Assembly (NCBI GenBank): GCA_038886535.1
Contig: JAVZXS010000003.1
Span: 50,369-114,368 of the forward strand
Reading direction: 5' to 3'
Source of the DNA: Candidatus Micrarchaeia archaeon
GTDB lineage: Archaea > Micrarchaeota > Micrarchaeia > CABMEP01
DNA: 64,000 nucleotides
Position 1 is the first letter of the stretch. Each line of letters starts with the position of its first letter. The notes under the pieces were generated by a model. It was given only the letters and a program-made list of their open reading frames with translations. It was not told the DNA's origin and searched no databases. The translations under genes and the position numbers were made by a program. This document shows, one piece after another, positions 19,885 to 30,544 of this stretch.

Positions 19885-20868
19885 TTAAGTTAAAGCAGTA
19901 GTGGTTATTTCAAATCTTACTGTTTTTTCCTTATTTTCTTCCTTTAAATCTTCTAAAAGAGAAGAGAATCCTTCAAGCGAAACATACTTTTTATCTCCTT
20001 TTTTGACAATTATCCCTTCAACTTTTGGATCTATTACATCGCTTTTAGCTTTTATAAGCAAACCTGTTTTTTCTGTAATCTTTCCAGTCGGAGTCTCATG
20101 TATCAAGCTTCCCATAATTTTTGCAAAGCTTATGTTCATAGTAGGTATAACTTTCACAAGTATGGCATATCCAGGCACATCTGTAATTATAACATCAGTT
20201 CTTTCATCTGGTATGTTATTCTTTGTAAACCCTGTCCTGTCCTTGACCATTGATTCAAATTTTGTTTTGATTTCTTCATAATCTTGTTTAATAGATTTTG
20301 CCATTAAGTATATTCTTGCACTTCCGCTTATACTTGGATCGTTAGTCCTGCTGATATCCAACGCAAAGCTTGGTGTCTTTAAAACTTCTTCAGCAAAATC
20401 ATTTTCGTCATATTCTATTTTCTGCGTCACTCCTTCCTTTCCTATCTTTACAGATTCAATAGTTGATTTTATCTTTTCTATCATCAAATCAAGAGATACA
20501 AAAGGAATCCCATCTATGAGGGTAAGATCCTTTATTCTTCCTATTCTTTTGTGTTCATTAATAAGATGTTTTGTATATTCAACAATGTGCTCATATGCTA
20601 GTGCATACTGAGGCCTTTTTGTAGTTGGAGCAGACAAAACATTGAATTTTATTCCATCTATCTTTATTGTTTTCTTCGTTTCCTTTTCTGGCGGATTCGT
20701 GTCGCTATATCCGCTCATTCGTTTTAAAGCTGATTCAAATGGCTCGATTGCAAATTCTTCAAGAAGTGGAATTATTGAATGGATAGCTCTTTGATATATG
20801 CGTATGCTTTCAGAATTAATATCAACTATTGGCTTAGGCCTGTCAATAGAAATAATTAGGTTTCCCAT
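19885..20868 (-). CDS. Hypothetical protein made of two internal repeats of about 160 aa
   Basis: RIYQRA..FESALKRMSGY..FVSLD versus RIYLMA..FESMVKDRTGF..YVSLE. Confidence 0.6.
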   Translation of the reverse strand: MGNLIISIDRPKPIVDINSESIRIYQRAIHSIIPLLEEFAIEPFESALKRMSGYSDTNPPEKETKKTIKIDGIKFNVLSAPTTKRPQYALAYEHIVEYTKHLINEHKRIGRIKDLTLIDGIPFVSLDLMIEKIKSTIESVKIGKEGVTQKIEYDENDFAEEVLKTPSFALDISRTNDPSISGSARIYLMAKSIKQDYEEIKTKFESMVKDRTGFTKNNIPDERTDVIITDVPGYAILVKVIPTMNISFAKIMGSLIHETPTGKITEKTGLLIKAKSDVIDPKVEGIIVKKGDKKYVSLEGFSSLLEDLKEENKEKTVRFEITTTALT

Positions 20869-20954
20869 ATAAATAGTGAAACATTTCTTATTTATATTCT
20901 TTTCTATTTCCTTTATTCAATAGCTTTTAATTTCTTTTTATTTAATGTTTATTT

Positions 20955-21683
20955 ATGAGAGCGGCCATATATGCAAGAGTTTCTACTGATGACAAGGGGC
21001 AGGACGTGGAGAACCAGCTTATCCAGCTTAGAGACTACTGCAAAGCTAAGGGATATCAGATTTATAAGGAATACACGGAGTACATTACAGGAACTGGAAA
21101 GAAAAGAAGGCCTGTATTCGAAGAGATGATGGAAGATGCAAGAAAGAGAAGGTTTGATGTCTTGTTGGTATGGTCTTATGACAGATTCAGTAGAGCAGGC
21201 CTAAAAGACATTCATTACATCAATGACCTTAATGAGTGGGGAGTGAAATTCGTTTCATATCAGGAAAGCTTTCTTGACACCACCACAGAAATGGGAGAGC
21301 TTCTTCTTCCAATTTTCGCTTGGATAGCAAAACAGGAAGCCAAAAAGATAAGTGAAAGAACAAAGGCAGGATTGCAAAGAGCGAAAAATGAAGGCAAAAA
21401 TCTAGGTAGACCTAAAGTTCAGATAAATTATGACATAATTATGAAGTTAAGAAACGAAGGAAAGTCTCTTTCTGAGATAGCAGAGCAGCTTCAATGTTCA
21501 AAAGAGACCGTTAGAAGAAGGCTGATGGAGCTTTCAAAATTAGATAACTCTATTTCTAGTACTCAATCTTTCGAAAAAGAGAATTCAGCTTCATCAAGTG
21601 AAACTAGCAGAATAGATACAAATATTACAATGGGTTCTATCCAAGAAAATGAGATTCAGATGAAAGAAAACCAAAATTCATAA
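20955..21683 (+). CDS. Small serine recombinase (resolvase/invertase) with C-terminal HTH
   Basis: YARVST catalytic motif, DRFSR, ERTKAGL, LGRP, HTH SLSEIAEQLQCSKETVRR. Confidence 0.93.
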   Translation: MRAAIYARVSTDDKGQDVENQLIQLRDYCKAKGYQIYKEYTEYITGTGKKRRPVFEEMMEDARKRRFDVLLVWSYDRFSRAGLKDIHYINDLNEWGVKFVSYQESFLDTTTEMGELLLPIFAWIAKQEAKKISERTKAGLQRAKNEGKNLGRPKVQINYDIIMKLRNEGKSLSEIAEQLQCSKETVRRRLMELSKLDNSISSTQSFEKENSASSSETSRIDTNITMGSIQENEIQMKENQNS

Positions 21684-21690
21684 CAGTAAG

Positions 21691-24333
21691 TTGTTCAAGG
21701 TGTGTTTATTGACAGGAAAATTGAAGAATAATGCAGGATTGGAAAAAAGTGAGCAATCTTATCAGTATTCTCTTCCTTTCTGGAAAATGGAAAGCGAAAA
21801 TGTAATCAAACATTTCAATTCCTCAATAAATGGACTATCTGATTCTGAATCAAGAGATCGACTTATTAAATTCGGAAAGAACGAAGTGTTGGTAAAGGAG
21901 CATCACTTTCTTATTAAATTGATTTTAAGAAATCTCTTTAATCCAATTACAATCGCACTTATCCTTGCAGGCTTGATTACATATTTCATAAACGACATTC
22001 AATCAGCTGTTATAATCTTTGCAATAGTTCTGCTTTCTTTAATCATTAATGTGGTACAAGAATACAGGTCACATAGTGCAATTGAGAAACTGAAGAAAAT
22101 GGTCTCATTCTATTGCCATGTTATAAGAAATGGAAATGTAATAGAGATAGATTCAAGGGAACTTGTTCCTGGTGACATAGTCATTTTCACTGTCGGAGAC
22201 AGGATTCCCGCAGATATAAGAATCATAGAAGAGAACAATCTTGCTATAGATGAATCAGTTATTACTGGAGAATACTATCCGATAAAGAAAACAGCAAAAG
22301 AAATAAGGAAACATAATCCCCTTCCTCAAGAGATGCATAACATTGCATTTGCAGGCTCTATTGTAAAAGAAGGAAAAGGAAAAGGAATTGTGATTGCCAC
22401 TGGAAAGCAAACCTTCATAGGCAAGACCATAGATATAATGGAAGAGATAAAGGATGAAAGCGAATTTGAAAAGAATATGAAGGATTTCAGCCAATATCTT
22501 CTGAATATAATATTATTTGCATGCGCATTAATTCTTATCCTTAATATATTTGTGGGGCACGACATTGTTGTTTCACTTATTTTTGCCGTTGCACTTGCAG
22601 TAGGTCTCATTCCTGAACCATTGCCAATGATTATGACTTCTATACTTTCAAGAGGGGCAATGAAGCTTGCATCAAAAGGAGTGATTATAAAACGTCTTTC
22701 AGCTACTGAGGATCTTGGAAATATTGACATACTTTGCTGTGATAAGACAGGAACGCTTACTGAGAATAGATTAAGGGTTTTGGATTCCTTTGACTATGAA
22801 GGAAATGAAACAAAATTACCTCTTGTTCTTTCAGCAGCATGCACTTCTGTAATTAAGAAAGATCATTCAATAAAGGGAAGCTCGATCGATGTGGCATTAA
22901 ATCAACACCTTAACTTTAATTCAGAAATTAAAAAATTAGTTGAAAAATACAAGATTGAAGAGGTTATACCTTTTGATTACGAGCGACAAAGGATGAGTGT
23001 AGTAGTCAAATTTGAAAGAAAGAAGCTTCTTATAGTCAAAGGTTCCCCTGAGGCTATTCTTTCAATTTCAAGATACGGGCTGCAGAATGGCCAGGCAGTC
23101 ACAATAAGCAGAGTAAGAAGCAAGGCAATGGAGACATACACAAAACTGAGCGACCAAGGTCTCAGGGTAATAGCGGTAGGCATAAAAGAGATCAAGGCTA
23201 GCGCGAGTAAGCATAACTATTCAAAAGAAGATGAGTCTGAAATTACATTCATCGGTTTTGTAAGCTTCATAGATCCAATCAAGCCAACTGCAAGAGAAAC
23301 ATTAAAGATGGCCAAGAAATACGGAGTTGATATCAAAATAATAACTGGAGACAGTGCAAATGTTACAAAGACAATAGCTGAAAAACTCGACTTCCATGTA
23401 GATGATAAACAAATCCTTACAGGAAAGGAAATAGATGAAGTTTTAAGGAAAAAAGATTTTGAACGTCTTGAAAACGCGATCATTTTTGCAAGAGCAACGC
23501 CAGAACAGAAGTATAAAATAATAAAGTTCCTTAGGTCAAGAGGCCATGTAGTTGCATATCTTGGAGATGGAGTTAATGATGCACCATCTTTGATAGAGGC
23601 AGACGTCGGAATTTCAGTTAATACAGGAACAGACGTTTCAAAGGAGGCAGCGGATGTCATATTAACAAGAAAGAGCCTAAGATCTGTTTTCGAAGGCATA
23701 ATAATTGGAAGAACATTGTTTTCAAATATAGTCAAGTATCTTAGAGTAACATTCGCAGGTAACTTCGGTAATCTCTTCACGATAGGATTTGCATCTGGCT
23801 TCCTGAAATTTATTCCTTTACTCCCTTCTCAAATTTTATTCGTCAACTTCTTATCAGATCTTCCTGCTCTTGCGTTTTCAACAGACAATGTAGACGGGGA
23901 TGATTTGAAAAAGCCAAGAAAATGGAGAAGTGATCAGATAATTAAAAATGGAGCGATATTCGGTGCAATTAGTACAATTTTCGACCTGATACTCATTGTT
24001 TACTTAGTTTATGTACTGAATGTGTTTGATGAGGTATTTAGAACATTATTCTTCCTTGAAATAGTTTTGTCAGAGATTTTTGTAATCCTATTCCTTAGAA
24101 CAACAAAGCCGTTCTTCTTTGCAGCTAGGCCGTCTGCAATTTTGATGGCTGCGCTTATTATTTCAACTGCAATCGGATTCATATCTATATTTCCACCTTT
24201 TGCTTCGTATTTTAATTTCGAAACACCAGTAACTGATTTGATTCTATTCACAGTTTTAATCGCAGTCGGTTATGCATTGACAACTGAACTAGTGAAATAC
24301 TTTGTCTATAGAAATCAGGAATTGAAGTATTGA
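21691..24333 (+). CDS. P-type cation ATPase, MgtA-like Mg2+ importer (true start may be slightly downstream)
   Basis: TGE, PEPLPM, DKTGTLT, KGSPE, TGD, GDGVND, NFGN. Confidence 0.85.
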   Translation: MFKVCLLTGKLKNNAGLEKSEQSYQYSLPFWKMESENVIKHFNSSINGLSDSESRDRLIKFGKNEVLVKEHHFLIKLILRNLFNPITIALILAGLITYFINDIQSAVIIFAIVLLSLIINVVQEYRSHSAIEKLKKMVSFYCHVIRNGNVIEIDSRELVPGDIVIFTVGDRIPADIRIIEENNLAIDESVITGEYYPIKKTAKEIRKHNPLPQEMHNIAFAGSIVKEGKGKGIVIATGKQTFIGKTIDIMEEIKDESEFEKNMKDFSQYLLNIILFACALILILNIFVGHDIVVSLIFAVALAVGLIPEPLPMIMTSILSRGAMKLASKGVIIKRLSATEDLGNIDILCCDKTGTLTENRLRVLDSFDYEGNETKLPLVLSAACTSVIKKDHSIKGSSIDVALNQHLNFNSEIKKLVEKYKIEEVIPFDYERQRMSVVVKFERKKLLIVKGSPEAILSISRYGLQNGQAVTISRVRSKAMETYTKLSDQGLRVIAVGIKEIKASASKHNYSKEDESEITFIGFVSFIDPIKPTARETLKMAKKYGVDIKIITGDSANVTKTIAEKLDFHVDDKQILTGKEIDEVLRKKDFERLENAIIFARATPEQKYKIIKFLRSRGHVVAYLGDGVNDAPSLIEADVGISVNTGTDVSKEAADVILTRKSLRSVFEGIIIGRTLFSNIVKYLRVTFAGNFGNLFTIGFASGFLKFIPLLPSQILFVNFLSDLPALAFSTDNVDGDDLKKPRKWRSDQIIKNGAIFGAISTIFDLILIVYLVYVLNVFDEVFRTLFFLEIVLSEIFVILFLRTTKPFFFAARPSAILMAALIISTAIGFISIFPPFASYFNFETPVTDLILFTVLIAVGYALTTELVKYFVYRNQELKY

Positions 24334-24416
24334 CCTCTATTTAATTAGCAATTTATAACATCCGGCCTTAAGCCTTAAACCGAAAAGTATATAAATAAGT
24401 TTTATGTTTAATTTTT

Positions 24417-26006
24417 ATGGCAAACGAAAACATATCAAATGGTCATGTTGAAGATAAAGGTGATTCAGAGGTTAAATTTTCATCTAGTGTAGATGAAAAG
24501 AAAAAGGCAATCCAAAACAAAGTAAAAGAGAAATATCAACCAAAAATAGATATGCTTACTACTGGAAAGGAAAAAGTGCAAAGATATGCAGAATCCCAAA
24601 GAAAAACAAAAATAGAGAATATTACTAAAGATTATAAATCAAAAATTAGTTCTATTGAAGAGAAATATAAAAAAGCGGAGATGGAGCTTGACTCTTCAAA
24701 AGAGAATAAAATTAAAGAGATAATTAATTCTATAGATTCATTTTCTCTGTCTGAAGATGAAAAAAAGAAAATAGAAGAGGCTCTGAACATTTCTTTTGAA
24801 AATGTAATCAAAGAAAAGAAAAAAGCAGAGATGACAAAAGAAAAAGAAAGAGAAAAAGAGTTAGTAGAAAAAGAATATGAAGAATCTAAAAACAAAATTG
24901 AATATGAACATCTCTCATTTATTAATAAGTACAATTCAATTTTTGATGATAGAATAAATAGGATAAAAGAAGAAATGAATAATAGAATAGATGAAATAGA
25001 TTCTGATGTTTCAGAAGCAGATGTATCAATTACAAAATTTGAAAGCGAATCCAATAGTAAAGTAGAAGAAAAGGTTGGAAATTCAGAAAATGGAAATGTT
25101 CAAAATATAAACGAAGAAGTAAAAACAGATACGAAAGGAACTAATGTAGATCTAATAAGAAGGGATCTTATAAAACTAGTTGGAATAATAAGCATTCCAC
25201 TTATCGGAATTAGTAGCGCATTGCTAATACCTGAAATAAAGAGAATTAATTCTATTAAACAGGAAACACGACAGGAAACACCTGTCAGGGTTAATAAGCC
25301 AATTTCTGATTCAAAGATACTAAATAACAAGAATTCAACAATATATGTACAGACTTTACCAATAAAGATAGAACCTGGAGATATTTCAGTATCTACTCCA
25401 CCAATTAAATCTAATGAACCAACCGTTTCTAAATCAACATCTACTAAACCTGAAAATATTCCAGTATCTACAACACCCGTAGGCACTATTCAACCAAAAA
25501 CTAAAGATAAATCAGTTAAACCAACAATAAGATCTAAGAAACAGATTAATCCTAAAAATAACGAAATAATTAAGAAGTCAAATACTGCAAAGGCAGACCT
25601 TCCTTCACTACTTCTTGAATTTAAGAGATCAATTATACAATTAAAAGAAAAAGCAGAAGAGCTTAAATATGATGGAATTCCAATAGCTAAAGGCTCTTCA
25701 AAATCACAAATATTGAAATTCATCAAAAAGATTGAAGAAATGGATAAAAATGGTAAACTTTCTATAGAACAAAAAAGAAAACTCACCGTGCTTTTAAGAG
25801 AAATGGCAAAGAGCCTTGACATGTATGTAAGGAAAGAACAAGTCATAATTTCAACCATACCTGATGATATAATAGAGATAAAGCGTGATGTAGTAAAATA
25901 CATAAAATGGTTATTGTCACAGAACATAAATCCAGATGCAATAGAATATGTAATAAAACAATGGGAAAAATCTATAGGTCCCAAGCATTTGAAAGCAGTT
26001 CAATGA
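24417..26006 (+). CDS. Hypothetical coiled-coil protein with one central TM segment
   Basis: K/E-rich N-half, RRDLIK followed by a hydrophobic stretch, Pro/Ser/Thr-rich linker, helical C-terminus. Confidence 0.7.
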   Translation: MANENISNGHVEDKGDSEVKFSSSVDEKKKAIQNKVKEKYQPKIDMLTTGKEKVQRYAESQRKTKIENITKDYKSKISSIEEKYKKAEMELDSSKENKIKEIINSIDSFSLSEDEKKKIEEALNISFENVIKEKKKAEMTKEKEREKELVEKEYEESKNKIEYEHLSFINKYNSIFDDRINRIKEEMNNRIDEIDSDVSEADVSITKFESESNSKVEEKVGNSENGNVQNINEEVKTDTKGTNVDLIRRDLIKLVGIISIPLIGISSALLIPEIKRINSIKQETRQETPVRVNKPISDSKILNNKNSTIYVQTLPIKIEPGDISVSTPPIKSNEPTVSKSTSTKPENIPVSTTPVGTIQPKTKDKSVKPTIRSKKQINPKNNEIIKKSNTAKADLPSLLLEFKRSIIQLKEKAEELKYDGIPIAKGSSKSQILKFIKKIEEMDKNGKLSIEQKRKLTVLLREMAKSLDMYVRKEQVIISTIPDDIIEIKRDVVKYIKWLLSQNINPDAIEYVIKQWEKSIGPKHLKAVQ

Positions 26007-26019
26007 TGAGTGATGCAGT

Positions 26020-28194
26020 ATGGATAAAATAAAAATAGATGCCAAATCATTAGATGAATTCAAAAGAGATGCATTTAGAAGGAGGATTATTGCAGCTTGT
26101 TTGGCAGAAGAATACTCAACAAAAACATCTGAAATTAAAAAGAAAATTGAGACTATTGAAATGAACACAGACTTAATAATTAGCTCACTTAAAAAAAGTA
26201 GAGAATATTATAAAGAATATATTACAAAGCTAGGTCAATTTAAAATAGAAAGTACAAATAAAGAGAGAGCTAATGAAATTGAAAAATATCTAAAAATATT
26301 TGAAGAGAATCATAAAAAGATTGATAAAGAATATGAAAAGCAAGTAAAGCAGTTAGATGAATTGCTTAAAAATAAACTAAAAGAAATTGAAGAAAAATAT
26401 GAGTATTATTCATATGTTTTAGATCCAATGAATAATCCTTCTTATTATCTCTTAGAGACTATAAGAGAGAAAGGTATTGATACGTCGTTTATTACAGGAA
26501 ATAAAGATATAGATATGGAACTTGGAAATAAGTTATATGAATATAATAAAAAAATAAAAGAATACGAATCTCAGAGAGATAAAGAGAAGGAAACCGTTAT
26601 TAACGATTTTATTAAGGCAAAGAGTGACTTAGAGATTAGGTTTAAAGAATTTAGAAAAAAAGTCGAAGAAAAGGAAAAACAAATTATCGAAAAAATAAAT
26701 GAGAATTATGATAAAAAGATAAAAGAAATCGAATCCGAGACGATTAATTCAATAAACTCAAAAATACAAAGTATAGACATTACCATCGCATTAATCGAAA
26801 ATAAGAAAGAATCAACCATTTCAAAATTTGATTCTGAAATAATTACATTAAAAAACGAATTCAAAGCAAAAATCGAATCCTTAATGCAACCACTATCTCC
26901 AATACCTGACGAATTGCTTTCAAAGTATATTTATTGTAAGATTGAAATAAAGAAACCAGAAATCATTGAACAAAAGGCGGAGGAAGTAAAAGAAGAAAAG
27001 AAAGATACTGTAGAAAATAAAGATGAAGCAAAAGATTTAGAAGATACAAAGAATGCAGCAAGTCAGTTACAGCCTGTCATAACATCTGAAACTAAGGCAT
27101 TATATTGGAATGCTAATAAAGAAAAAAGTAAGAAATTTATGGAGAAGCTTAATGCTTTTTGCAGATATGTGAGAACTGCATTTTATGCAACTGCTTTAAG
27201 CTCACTCTTCCTATTGGTTCTTAAGGATACATTAAATACTCCAACAAGTCTTATTAGTAACAAATCAATTAAAGATATAACTTCTATTTCAGATACTGCT
27301 AAGTCAATTGGAAAAGAGATTAAAAAGAATGAAGATAGAAAAGGAACAAAAGATGAAATAACAGAAGGATCAAGAGAAAAGAAAAGTAATGTATTAAATC
27401 AAGAGATTTCAGTTTCTAATAAAGACGTAAACGAAAAAGATAAAATTGATGAAGAAAAACACTTTGAAAAAATGTTTATTAGCATAGATAAAGAATTAGA
27501 TGAATATAATGCAGCAAGGCTTAATTTTGAAACTCAACTTGAATTATTTGAGTTATATGTAAAAGAAATCAAGCCTTCATTTGGTGAAGTGATAGGTGTT
27601 TCAAAGGGGAGAAAAGTTATTGCTAATGAGCTGCTTCAAAAGCTAAAAAGATTAGGATATGGTCTTTCAAAGGAAAAAATGAATTTAATTGCAGACGCTC
27701 TTAAAAATGCTAGGCTATACAACATTTCGGAATTAAGGAAATATATAGATCAGATAATAAGTATGGATGAGGATCAACTTTTTGGAGTAGATCCAACTGG
27801 AAAAATAGTTCCAATACTACCACCTCCTAAGATAATTCATAACCCAAAACAAGATTCTAATCCAATAATTAGGAAAGAAAAGGACACAATTAAGGTCAAT
27901 CCATCTTCAGATACTATAAGCTTAAATATTATTGATTCAGAAAATATTCCTAACGGTTCAGGTGAAAATACGGTAAATGAAGAAAATGTCAATACTATTA
28001 ATCCAATAAGCGAGGACCCTAAATCATATATTGAAGAAAAAAACATGGATGATCAAGTTGTAAATCAAGTTGTAAAATATGAAGAATTAATTGATGCTAT
28101 AATAATTTGTGAAAATAAAGCTATGTTTATAAAAGTACCAAAAGGATACAATATAAAAGATAACGATCCTTATATTTGCAATACTGAATATTAA
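26020..28194 (+). CDS. Hypothetical coiled-coil protein with one central TM segment
   Basis: Same layout as the upstream gene; TM AFYATALSSLFLLVL. Confidence 0.7.
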   Translation: MDKIKIDAKSLDEFKRDAFRRRIIAACLAEEYSTKTSEIKKKIETIEMNTDLIISSLKKSREYYKEYITKLGQFKIESTNKERANEIEKYLKIFEENHKKIDKEYEKQVKQLDELLKNKLKEIEEKYEYYSYVLDPMNNPSYYLLETIREKGIDTSFITGNKDIDMELGNKLYEYNKKIKEYESQRDKEKETVINDFIKAKSDLEIRFKEFRKKVEEKEKQIIEKINENYDKKIKEIESETINSINSKIQSIDITIALIENKKESTISKFDSEIITLKNEFKAKIESLMQPLSPIPDELLSKYIYCKIEIKKPEIIEQKAEEVKEEKKDTVENKDEAKDLEDTKNAASQLQPVITSETKALYWNANKEKSKKFMEKLNAFCRYVRTAFYATALSSLFLLVLKDTLNTPTSLISNKSIKDITSISDTAKSIGKEIKKNEDRKGTKDEITEGSREKKSNVLNQEISVSNKDVNEKDKIDEEKHFEKMFISIDKELDEYNAARLNFETQLELFELYVKEIKPSFGEVIGVSKGRKVIANELLQKLKRLGYGLSKEKMNLIADALKNARLYNISELRKYIDQIISMDEDQLFGVDPTGKIVPILPPPKIIHNPKQDSNPIIRKEKDTIKVNPSSDTISLNIIDSENIPNGSGENTVNEENVNTINPISEDPKSYIEEKNMDDQVVNQVVKYEELIDAIIICENKAMFIKVPKGYNIKDNDPYICNTEY

Positions 28195-28284
28195 CATCAT
28201 TGTTTGATTTTTATCTATTTTTATCATTCTAAGTCAAATAGATCAAAACGAAACATTTATATACTTCTTTTTTGTTAATAATTT

Positions 28285-29418
28285 ATGGCAGAATTCAAAT
28301 TTGAATGGGATCCTGAAGATAAGAATGAAAAAAAATTTAGAGAGCAATTTAATTTAAGGGAAGGAAGAGAGTACCTTCCAATGGAAAAAAATAATTATCC
28401 ATTGATGCCTAGTAGTAAAGAAAAAATAGAATCGAGCTTTAAAGAGTATCTGAATATGGATTATTCATATGAACTAGTTCAAGAAGTTCTTGAAGAGATA
28501 CACCAGACTAAAAAATGTACACTAGAACAAGCTGATACACTTAATACAAATTTCGCAAAACTTCTTGTAGGCATTTATCAACTTAATAAAAGAAATCTAC
28601 ATTGTTACTACTTTAAAAAACTTAAGAATAGTGATTATGAAGTGTTAAATAGATCGCTGTTATCCCTAATAAATTCGAATTTAACATTTGATGATATATG
28701 TAATGATGCAGAAAACAATAAAGATGTTAAAAAGCAGATATATGATCTATCTGGTCCTGTTTTTAGGGAAGCTTTAAATAGAGATATCGAAGTATGTTTA
28801 AATCCTAGAAACGATGAATTCATGCATTTATTTGCACTTCAGACTTCTATTGCTTATGGATATATTATAGGCAGAGATCTTAAGAAAAGAATTAGATCAA
28901 ATAGATACTTTACTTTTGAATTATTAGACGATATAGAGTATCAAGTGATTTCAGACATATACGGTATTTTCTCTTTAACCTACCCATATAATGGTTCAAT
29001 TGAAAACTTCAATTTAAATGATTTATTCCCAATCCAAAGAAAAATGACAAAATATGCAAATGAAATAAAGAAATTTATAGGTAAAGACTGGAAAGAAAAG
29101 GCAGATTGGTTAAATTCAAAACTAGAAGAAATAGAATTACAAAAAAGAGTATTGACTACTGATGAAAAACAAATTTTTGAGAGTCTTTTATTCCAAATAA
29201 CTCAAGAGATTAATGTGCCTCAGCAAGGTGAAGATTTAGAAACAACAAGGCAAAAATACAGAGACATAGTTCTTGATTCATACTTTAAGGTATTTTTAGC
29301 ACATTATAGTGGGGATGTTTCTGGATATGAGCGGAACATGGAAGTAACTAAGAAGATGCTACTTAAATTAATATATATAGTAGATTTTGAAAAATCAAGA
29401 AAGGATGTAAACGAGTGA
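28285..29418 (+). CDS. Hypothetical helical protein
   Basis: 377-aa ORF with a TATA and leaderless-type start. Confidence 0.65.
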   Translation: MAEFKFEWDPEDKNEKKFREQFNLREGREYLPMEKNNYPLMPSSKEKIESSFKEYLNMDYSYELVQEVLEEIHQTKKCTLEQADTLNTNFAKLLVGIYQLNKRNLHCYYFKKLKNSDYEVLNRSLLSLINSNLTFDDICNDAENNKDVKKQIYDLSGPVFREALNRDIEVCLNPRNDEFMHLFALQTSIAYGYIIGRDLKKRIRSNRYFTFELLDDIEYQVISDIYGIFSLTYPYNGSIENFNLNDLFPIQRKMTKYANEIKKFIGKDWKEKADWLNSKLEEIELQKRVLTTDEKQIFESLLFQITQEINVPQQGEDLETTRQKYRDIVLDSYFKVFLAHYSGDVSGYERNMEVTKKMLLKLIYIVDFEKSRKDVNE

Positions 29419-29422
29419 GTTT

Positions 29423-30100
29423 ATGACACTAAAAAAAGATTGGAAGGATATTAAAAGAGAGATAGCAAAGCAAAAACAAAAAGAAGGTTCAGATCTCTTT
29501 CCAATCTATAAGGCTATTTGTGTTGAAGAGCATAAAGATCTTAGAGAAATGGTATCTGTAAGATTGAAAGAGATCGGTAATTCATTCCGTGATTTTAAGA
29601 TTCAATTCTCTATTTTAATATACAATAATGAAATTCCGGGTGAGTTAATTAAAAATGGCGAAACTGATTTAGTTATTTTAGATTTAGACCAAAATCCTAC
29701 AGATATAGTTAATATTGTAAGTCAAATAAGAACATTTGGTTTGTACACACCTATAATTTTTGCCTCTGTAGAAAGAATGAAAGCTTATAGAGCTTTAAAT
29801 CTAGTTACAGTTTCTGATCTAGCTCTATCAGGTAGAAGAGATGCTGTAAATGACAATAGCTATATATTAGCAATGAGGAAAATTGATGAGTACTTAATTT
29901 CACTTGAAAATAGCAAAGAGATAAAGTCAATGGATCGAATTTTATTTCCGATATTAAATCATTTAATATATCATGCAATTGATAAGCAAACATTGTATCT
30001 TTCAAAGGGACCGAGATTAATATCATCTGCAATTTTTCGTGCAAAAGAAATAAAGAGGCATGTAGAGAGAATTCTTAATGAAAGAGATAAAAAATATTAA
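29423..30100 (+). CDS. Receiver (CheY-like) domain protein, atypical
   Basis: AICVEEH acidic pocket, DLVILDLD phospho-Asp position, TPIIFAS. Confidence 0.55.
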   Translation: MTLKKDWKDIKREIAKQKQKEGSDLFPIYKAICVEEHKDLREMVSVRLKEIGNSFRDFKIQFSILIYNNEIPGELIKNGETDLVILDLDQNPTDIVNIVSQIRTFGLYTPIIFASVERMKAYRALNLVTVSDLALSGRRDAVNDNSYILAMRKIDEYLISLENSKEIKSMDRILFPILNHLIYHAIDKQTLYLSKGPRLISSAIFRAKEIKRHVERILNERDKKY

Positions 30101-30205
30101 AATACGTTTTTTGACGAAGTTTCAAATTTTTTCAAAAAGATTTAAAAATTATTTCAAAAAATTATAAATAAAAATCTATTGCGCGAAAGCGCGGAGTTGA
30201 TATAA

Positions 30206-30400
30206 ATGAAGAAAGACACATTGGGAATTATTGCCCTTGTCTTGACTATAATAGGAGGCATAAACTGGGGCTTAGTAGGTATAGCAAATCTCGACCTTGT
30301 TGCCCTGATATTTGGCTTCATGCCTCTATTGCAACAAATAATCTACATCCTTGTAGGTTTATCAGCATTGTATTTAGCATATGCTGAATTCAAGGAATAA
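30206..30400 (+). CDS. DUF378 family small membrane protein
   Basis: LTIIGGINWGLVG...DLVALIFG...IYILVGLSAL. Confidence 0.88.
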   Translation: MKKDTLGIIALVLTIIGGINWGLVGIANLDLVALIFGFMPLLQQIIYILVGLSALYLAYAEFKE

Positions 30401-30430
30401 TTTTTCCTTCTTTTTTTTTATTTTTTTTAT
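30401..30430 (+). terminator. Oligo-T archaeal terminator
   Basis: Long T tracts immediately after the stop codon. Confidence 0.5.
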
Positions 30431-30544
30431 TATTTTTGCATGTTCACTGGAAAAACACCATAGATAACTTTTTAAATATAATATATGTATTAATTATAAG
30501 AGGAAAACATGCATTAACGTGTTTTCTATTTTTAGGGTGAAAAT

